From Eledone cirrhosa (Eukaryota), in assembly GCA_964016885.1 (NCBI GenBank), contig OZ024746.1, positions 35,526,001 to 35,590,000 on the forward strand: a stretch of DNA of 64,000 nt. Direction: 5' to 3'. Below, in pieces: positions 55,028-64,000 of the stretch. Position numbers and translations under genes: made by a program. Each line of letters opens with the position of its first letter. Within the stretch, counting starts at the first letter, position 1. The notes below the pieces were generated by a model. It had not been told where the DNA came from. It made no database searches and saw only the letters and a list, made by a program, of their open reading frames with translations.

Positions 55028-57290
55028 TAATATCGAGCAGTTTTATGAATAAATATTGAGATAACCTTAAAGAATGCAACTATTACTGTTGGAAGCTCCC
55101 GGATAGTGGAGTTATAACTTTAATTATATTATTAGGTAAGTTAGTATTGGATATTTTTAAATAAGCCGTTGGGTTACGGAGAAAGAGAAAGAGAAAGAAA
55201 GAGCAGAACAACAGAGAGAAAAAAGATAGAGAGAGAGGAGACAGAAGAAAGGAGAGAGAACGAAAACTCTAAGTCATATCTTGTTGAGTTATCTTAACAT
55301 TTGAGATGACGTATAAATAAATAAAATTAGAAATGTTAATAATCATGAATGGAATATACATATATAATATGAGAAATTTTACCATTGTTTAAATATGATT
55401 AGATGTTTAGTTAATCAGTTAAATATTGAGATCAATACATTAAAAATTGGGATCTATATATTAAGAATTCTATATATTATTATTAAGACTATATTGTGAA
55501 AGATCTATATATTATATAACACGTATACACACGCAAAAATACATACATATAAATATATATACACACACGTATAAAACTATATATACATATCTAACTACGT
55601 ATATAATATATACATACAAAATATAAAGGATTCTTTAATTTAAGATATAGGAGTCTTATAAAATCAGAGAAAGTTATTTCAATGTAGTATCAAAGCAGCG
55701 TGAAGGAAAATTACGTTATTTAGTTATATCAATGTTACAATTGTTGAGATATTAAAGGACATTTTATGTTATACACACTTTATTTTATTACATAAAACAA
55801 ATTTGTTTTATATAAGTTTTATAAGATTACCTCTTATGTATTTATGAACTGTTATTATATGTTTATTTGTCACGAATCTTGGGATAATCCCTATAAATAA
55901 GTGCAATCGAATTGTATGGATATACACGCACATATACATACACAATTCCTACATATACATACATATATAGGTAGATACGCATCACGTATATATATGCATA
56001 CAGAAATACATACACGCATAAAACATATGTACATGTATATCAATACACACATACGCATATATATACACACATAGAGAGAGAGATGTATATATAAATACAG
56101 TACATAGTATAATTGAAGTACATAAAATACAAAATAATTATATTACGATTTGGAAATATAATTATAAGCAATATAACATTAAAAACAATATAACTTTAAA
56201 ATTATTATAGAATATTTCAAGTTATAATTTCAAAATAATAATATCTTTAATAGATTTAGTATAGAAATTATCTACGTATATTTAACTTAATTTTATATCC
56301 ATAAGAGAAATAAACAGAAACTTTCAAAAGATAAACCTTCGAAAATAGGATAAACTATCAAACAATAAAAAAAAAAAAAAAAAAAGATAAAAAATATTTT
56401 CCCCCTTTAAGAGCTTTCAGTATATTTCTCTAGAATAGTTTATTATATTTATTTACATTTAGGAAGAAAAGTTTTTTTTACTTGAGTGTATAAGCAGTTA
56501 AAAAATAAAGGAATCTAATGATTTATCGACAGGTTCAATATATTAATAGAATTAATTAATTATATATTACATTTTAAATTTATATTTAAACGTTGAGTTT
56601 AATTTATGTCTACAGCAACTGAATAAATTGTTCCTTAGGTTCAGGAAACTTTTGGTCTTTAATATAAAGAATATTTCCTCTATACAAAGATCACAATTTC
56701 CTGAAGAGGAGTTAAAAGGAGTAGCATTTGAAATAATATTCCAAATCAACGAATATTCAACGTTCTTTAGTTTGAGGTCCCATAATAAGCTAGATAGAGA
56801 AGTTGAAAATTTTTTGTTTGGATCTGGAAAATAATGTTTATGATTATTGAAGCGGGATTTAAACTCTGTGGAAGTGGATCCCACATAATTAAATGAATTT
56901 AAATTAGTTTTTACATTACAATTATATACTATATTTTTAGCTAAGCAATTGTTATTTAACGGACAGTTAGATCTATTTCTACAGTTACATTTATCAAATT
57001 GGATATTGCTTGGGTTATTAGTGGTGTTTTGGTTAGGTTTTAAATTTCTATTATTAATTCTATTAATATTTTGCGCTAAATTTTTGGTGGAAGAATAAGT
57101 TAATTTTATAGTATGTCTATTAAAAATTGAGTAATATCTATGTGTTCTAGGGAAGCATTTGTCAAAGGCTTTAAAACATAGTTTAGCAATAGGGGTTTTA
57201 ATATTTAATGAGAAAGGAGGGGCGAACCATAATATGTTCCTAGTTCTATTTCTTTTTCCGCTTTCGGAATTATTGTATTGTTTTCTATTA

Positions 57291-58278
57291 TCTATATATA
57301 TAAAACTGTGGTTGTCTGTCTGTCTATCGATTTTTGGCACACATCTCCTCTTAGAATCTCTCACGGAATTGCACCGAAATTGCTATACTTGTACATTGAT
57401 CCCTAGCGAAGACATCGGAAAAAAAATATTTCAAATTGACCCACCCTATGTGACGAAATCGAATATAATGTGTCGATTTTTGAGCGTAAGTTATCAGTTA
57501 TTTCCCTTTGTTCTGTTTACATTGAGCGTCTTACGTAAAAAATTACGCTGGCTTTCTCAGCGTTTAAAATGACATTAACACAATACACGAACAGTTGTCG
57601 TCGAGCCAGCAAAATATTGACCTGCAAAATTCATCAGTTCGAACAATAAGCTTCCGTTTTGCTTCATTTCCATTTAAAAGCATTTTAAAACAATATTTTT
57701 ACTTGAAAACAAGTCTATTTAAAGACTACGTAAAACAAGCAAATATTTCGTCGTTAGGCGTGCAGACAGACAGTCGTGCAGACAGACAGTCGTGCAGAGA
57801 GGTGATATACGCGTGCAGACAGTCAGTCGTGCAGAGAGGTGATATAGGCGTGCAGACAGACAGTCGTGCAGAGAGGTGATATAGGCGTGCAGACAGACAG
57901 TCGTGCAGAGAGGTGATATAGGCGTGCAGACAGATAGTCGTGCAGAGAGGTGATATAGGCGTGCAGACAGACATAACTGATAATTTGGTTACGCTAATGT
58001 TTTTCTCTGCGTTGCAGTGTTTACATTTTCGATCTTTGTTAATAAATAACCAGTGCAGTTTCTATCCCCAGCATCCTCTTTTGTTATAACATTTGGGTTA
58101 TCGTTATGTTTTCTTAACTTCATAAGGCATATTGTTGGTTGAGGGAATATTAATCAAAAACACCACATGCAAGTCTGCACAGTAGACACTACAGTTTTTA
58201 AGCCAAGAAAGAAACTTAACATTGTAACTTTAACACAGCTACTGAGCGACCCCGAGCAACGCCGGGCTTTACTGCTAG
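57291..58278 (+). mobile_element. Non-autonomous Helitron (988 bp) inserted in the PLE ORF
   Basis: 5'-TC start, 3'-CTAG end, subterminal hairpin CCCGAGCAACGCCGGG, inserted between A and T with no TSD; removal restores the reading frame NNY|NRKQY. Confidence 0.85.
57757..57972. repeat. ~37-bp minisatellite inside the Helitron
   Basis: Unit AGGCGTGCAGACAGACAGTCGTGCAGAGAGGTGATAT, about 5-6 copies. Confidence 0.9.
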
Positions 58279-59854
58279 TAGTTGTTAAAATTGTTAAAAT
58301 AGTTAAAATTGTTACGATTAGTGTTAGTTGTTATATTATTATTTTTATCAATGTATTTAATTTTATTTCTATACCCAGCTCTACCTAACGCTTCGTTGTA
58401 ATAATGTGCTTTTTCATCAAATATATTCTTATTAGCTGACATTCTCGAAATTCGTTCCTGTACAGAGTTCACTATAGTATTTTTAACGGATCTGGGGTGA
58501 TTAGAGTTAAAATTGACGTAGTTTAAGTTCTCATTTAGTTTGTGAAATGGATAATGAAGACATCTGTTAAGATTTAGTGTTACATCTAGAAAGTTAACTA
58601 TTTTATGGTTATTCTCTATTTCTACTTTTAGATTAAGGTAATTAAAAAATTGTATAATTTGTTTTCTTTTTCTATTTAGATCACAGCTATTATTTTCTAT
58701 AAGTAGAAGCATGTCGTCAAGATCTAAACCTCCGGTTATCTCAGGTATTTTCCTATGTAGAGAATTATTTATAAAGAGGCCCACAAGATCCGTTACCTGA
58801 GCGGAATCGGGTGATCCCATAGTTATATCGAAGTTATTATTTCTATCTGCCCTAGTCCAAAGTTGGTTATTATATTCTATTAATGTTTTCCGTGCCGATA
58901 ATATAATGTGCATTTCATTGCTAGTTAGGTCTGTATGTTTAAATGCGTAAGTTAGTGCTTTATTCAGTAGATTAGGAGTGATAGAGGAGTAATAGTTAGC
59001 AATATCCAACTGAATAAACTTATTATTATAGTTATATTTAATTTCCTTAAACCAATCGATAACTTCACTAGTTACTTTCCATAATTTTAAATAAGATAAA
59101 TTCTTAATTTGTGGTATTATTCTGTCTAGAATATTTTTGCTAAGTCTGCCCAGGTCCGATTTAGATGGTGCAATTAATCTGACTGGTAAATCAGTTTCGA
59201 AGTTCCTTTTATGATCCTTCATATTAATCTTAGGTTTCCTTGGCATGAAGGGTTGTGTCCTATTTTCAATGCCTAGTTCATGCATTATATAAGAGGCATC
59301 TGTATTCAATTTTTCAAGGTCGTCTTTATTTGCTACTTTGTATTTCTTCCTTAATTCCTTTAATATAAGATCGTTATAAATGTCCTTTTGTATTCCGTAA
59401 AGATTATTGGTTTTGTCAGATTTGACTAGAATTTTCTCCGTTTTCTCCAAGTTTTCAATATTATTTTTAATATTTCTTAACTACTCGTGGCCTTTGAAGT
59501 TGTTTTTGAATTTGATGCTTTGGATGATAGATATGATATCATTTTCAAAATCCATTAGTAGTTTGTTGGGGGGTGAAATTTTTTTAGATTTGAAGATTTT
59601 ATCCAGATTGGAGACATTTTCATTTAGATTAGATTTATCGAAGTGGAAAGCACGCCACCTTATTCTTCTTATAAAAGAGTCTGATTTTTCTATTAATTGT
59701 TTAATAAAATCTTTATTCCTAGGTAAAGGTATGTCCTTTAGAGAAGAAGATATCTTAAAGAATTCCATTTTACAGTTATAATATAAAGCGCTCGACAATA
59801 CAGGAGCAGAATATATATACATATATATTATATATATATATTATATATATATAT

Positions 59855-61400
<1,546 letters not shown>

Positions 61401-62748
61401 TGTAGTGCAGTTTCAAGAGTATAGATAAATGAAAAAGATCTGTCTATGTTAAGTTCAAAACTAAATTACATTATTATAAATATATTTTCAACGCAATTTC
61501 TTACTACCTAAAACCTCAATACCACACTTGCATAGTTCTTAACGATGTTATATCTTCTAGTGCTGCTTATCATTCAGCTAATAACAAGATGACTGACCTT
61601 ATTTACATATCTCCTAAAACATAATGGAGGTATTAATAATGTTACTATAAAATTGGCATTTTTGTTATTCAGAATGAGTAATTCATTTGTCAGTAGTTTT
61701 TTTTTTTAAATCTTACCACTCAAAATAGACGTAAATGTAAGAAAATAAGTATAACACGGTGTACATCCCTTAATCTCTAGCAGTCGTCACTAACTTAGGC
61801 AAAACATTCTTATACTTAATAGACAAATATTTCCAACCTCAACAGGGAATTTCTCATCATGCATACTGTGAAGATCTGCTACTCCGGCTGACCTTCCATG
61901 AAGGCAAAAATAAAAAGTACCTGATGTAAATTTGGGATGTTCATGAAGGACCAATAAACATGTAACGTCAAATCGGTCGTATACGAAGCAACCTACATAC
62001 AATTTACAACCAATGAAACAGTCATCAAAGAAAAAATACGTGGGTATGACACAAGATGTGTTTAAACAATGGTACCATTCTCATATCATGCGTTTCAAAC
62101 GCTAGGATAGAGAACAGCTATGTGTTAGGAAAATCTTGTGTGGGAACTGAAAGATAAATCTACACCGTACGTGATTATATGAAACCGGCTGGAGAAGAAC
62201 AAATAGATGTTCACCTTAACACAGTGAAAAATTATAGCTATTACTGGGGCTGAAATCTTCGGATAAATACCCAAAGATAAACTGGAGTTATTTAGACGAT
62301 GCCTACATATAAAATAAAATATCCTTGAAACATGAAGGAATACAGGCCAAGGCACACAAATCACCATTATTGTACACCAGCTATAGTTCCCTGTATTGGT
62401 GTCAGGACTAAACTCACATCATACTGCACCCAGACACATATACCTACAACAAGCTATACACAGGCTATACACATAACACATGCATTTTGAAACAAATACA
62501 TACAGTACTCCACCTATATTTAAAATATACATATAAATACACACTGACATTACTTATACTTTAACAAATAAAGGTATAATTACATTAAACAAATATAAAC
62601 ATACAGGCACAGGAGTTATTCCACCTGAATAACAAGAACACCAAATGCATTATTACATTATTACTACATCCCTTTAACTTGACGTGAACTCATGTACATA
62701 ACGTCGGGCATATAGGCATAGTACAAAGGATAAGCAACCCTCGCAGAT

Positions 62749-62853
<105 letters not shown>

Positions 62854-62989
62854 TAGAAAGTGAGGTTTTTTTTACAAAATGAAAAATAACCGAGGTGTCC
62901 TACACGAGTGGAAGTATAAAGAAAAAGGGATGAAATCGAAAATGCAACTGAAGTCTTATTTTTTTAAAAATATATATATTTATTTGGTT

Positions 62990-63027
62990 CCTTTACCGGT
63001 TTCGCAGTTCTTCTGCTTTTCAAAAGG
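62990..63027 (-). ncRNA. Minimal hammerhead with U3:A8 core (mirror copy)
   Basis: Exact reverse complement of 63103-63140. Confidence 0.75.
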
Positions 63028-63102
63028 TGAGTTGAGATGGAGGGTCTGTGGTTTTTCTCACATCAGATGTGAGAAAAACCACAGACCCTCCATCTCAACT
63101 CA

Positions 63103-63140
63103 CCTTTTGAAAAGCAGAAGAACTGCGAAACCGGTAAAGG
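63103..63140 (+). ncRNA. Minimal hammerhead with U3:A8 core
   Basis: CCTT-TTGAAAA-GCAG-AAGAA-CTGC-GAAA-CCGG-TA-AAGG: perfect stems I and II, palindromic CCGG stem III, GUA triplet. Confidence 0.75.
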
Positions 63141-63209
63141 AACCAAATAAATATATATATTTTTTAAAAAAATAAGACTTAAGTTGCATTTTCGATTTCA
63201 TCCCTTTTT

Positions 63210-63318
<109 letters not shown>

Positions 63319-63333
63319 TATATACATACATAC

Positions 63334-63375
<42 letters not shown>

Positions 63376-63407
63376 GTATATATATATATATATATATACA
63401 TACATAC

Positions 63408-63440
<33 letters not shown>

Positions 63441-63447
<7 letters not shown>

Positions 63448-63633
63448 TTTCAAAAAATTTGATATCAATGGCCTGTTTCCAAGGTTGTCACATTGAAATA
63501 TATATTGTGAATTAATGATATAGCGTGGACATGTTTTGAGGAATGAATCTTGTTACTCAACATGGAGCCTGCTTAGTCGTAGTTTCTGGGATATTTACAT
63601 CTCAAATGATATTAAATTCTTTGAAACACCCTG
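63441..63633. mobile_element. Tc1/mariner-like MITE
   Basis: 27-bp imperfect TIRs TAGGGTATTTCAAAAAATTTGATATCA / TGATATTAAATTCTTTGAAACACCCTG, flanked by TA. Confidence 0.7.
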
Positions 63634-64000
63634 TATATATATATGTATATATATAGTATTAAGGATACTATTTATGGTTATGTATATACTCAAACTTTTT
63701 ATAGTTATATATATTTTAAACCCTAAACAGTGAAAGACAGTAATGTATTACTACCTTATTACCAGTAAGATAAATAGCTCAATGTAATAACATCAGTTGT
63801 TCTACAGAGCAGTTATATAGAATTCATAGGAATCAAAGTTATGTTCAAACCATTTATTAGCTTACAATTGTTTCTTCCAAACCGAGCCTTGTAGTCTTCG
63901 GAGCATTTTCAATGTTTGTATACATACATGACCTCCTTTCCAACGCAAGAGACATACAGATAAATAGGCATATATTGATGCACAGTGGGGTGACATATAT

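Larger units (their letters stand above)
56567..59768 (-). pseudogene. PLE RT-GIY-YIG ORF (738 codons once the Helitron is removed; one in-frame TAG at 59481-59483)
   Basis: KSDKTNNLY, QLDIANYYSSI, FDITMGSPDSAQVTDLVG, GLDLDD (decayed YxDD), NFLDVTLNL, WFAPPFS, CNC..CPL..C, IVYNC..YVGST..RFNNH. Confidence 0.9.

Noticed and set aside
57757-57972. 37-bp repeats of CRISPR-like length
   Set aside because: Contiguous tandem units with no spacers; a minisatellite inside a Helitron
59481-59483. In-frame stop as programmed readthrough or selenocysteine
   Set aside because: It is TAG, and the RT catalytic motif is also mutated, so simple decay is more likely

Overview
AT-rich animal genomic DNA, not prokaryotic. 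The very dense (TA)n/(TACA)n/(CA)n/(ATT)n microsatellites and the SINE type suggest a cephalopod such as Octopus (inference). Most ORFs in the track are microsatellite artefacts, and no host gene can be called with confidence (a few weak exon candidates lie at 61.8-63.9 kb). The recognisable content is decayed retrotransposons: a near-full-length L1/Tx1 LINE and fragments, R4/Dong-like RLE LINEs, CR1- and RTE-like fragments, two Penelope-like elements (PLEs) and tRNA-derived SINEs. There is also a non-autonomous Helitron that splits a PLE ORF and a Tc1/mariner-like MITE. The most interesting signal is a set of about 12 short fold-back (inverted-repeat) elements from several unrelated sequence families, each lodged in a (TA)n tract. 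They are mostly built as short arm / axis / long arm plus tail, and many carry type I hammerhead ribozyme motifs read by eye. Two families show compensatory stem II changes between copies, two carry the rare U3:A8 core instead of C3:G8, and one folds back exactly on the presumed stem II. Two families are directly linked to the 3' ends of PLEs in this window. All folds are manual and untested.
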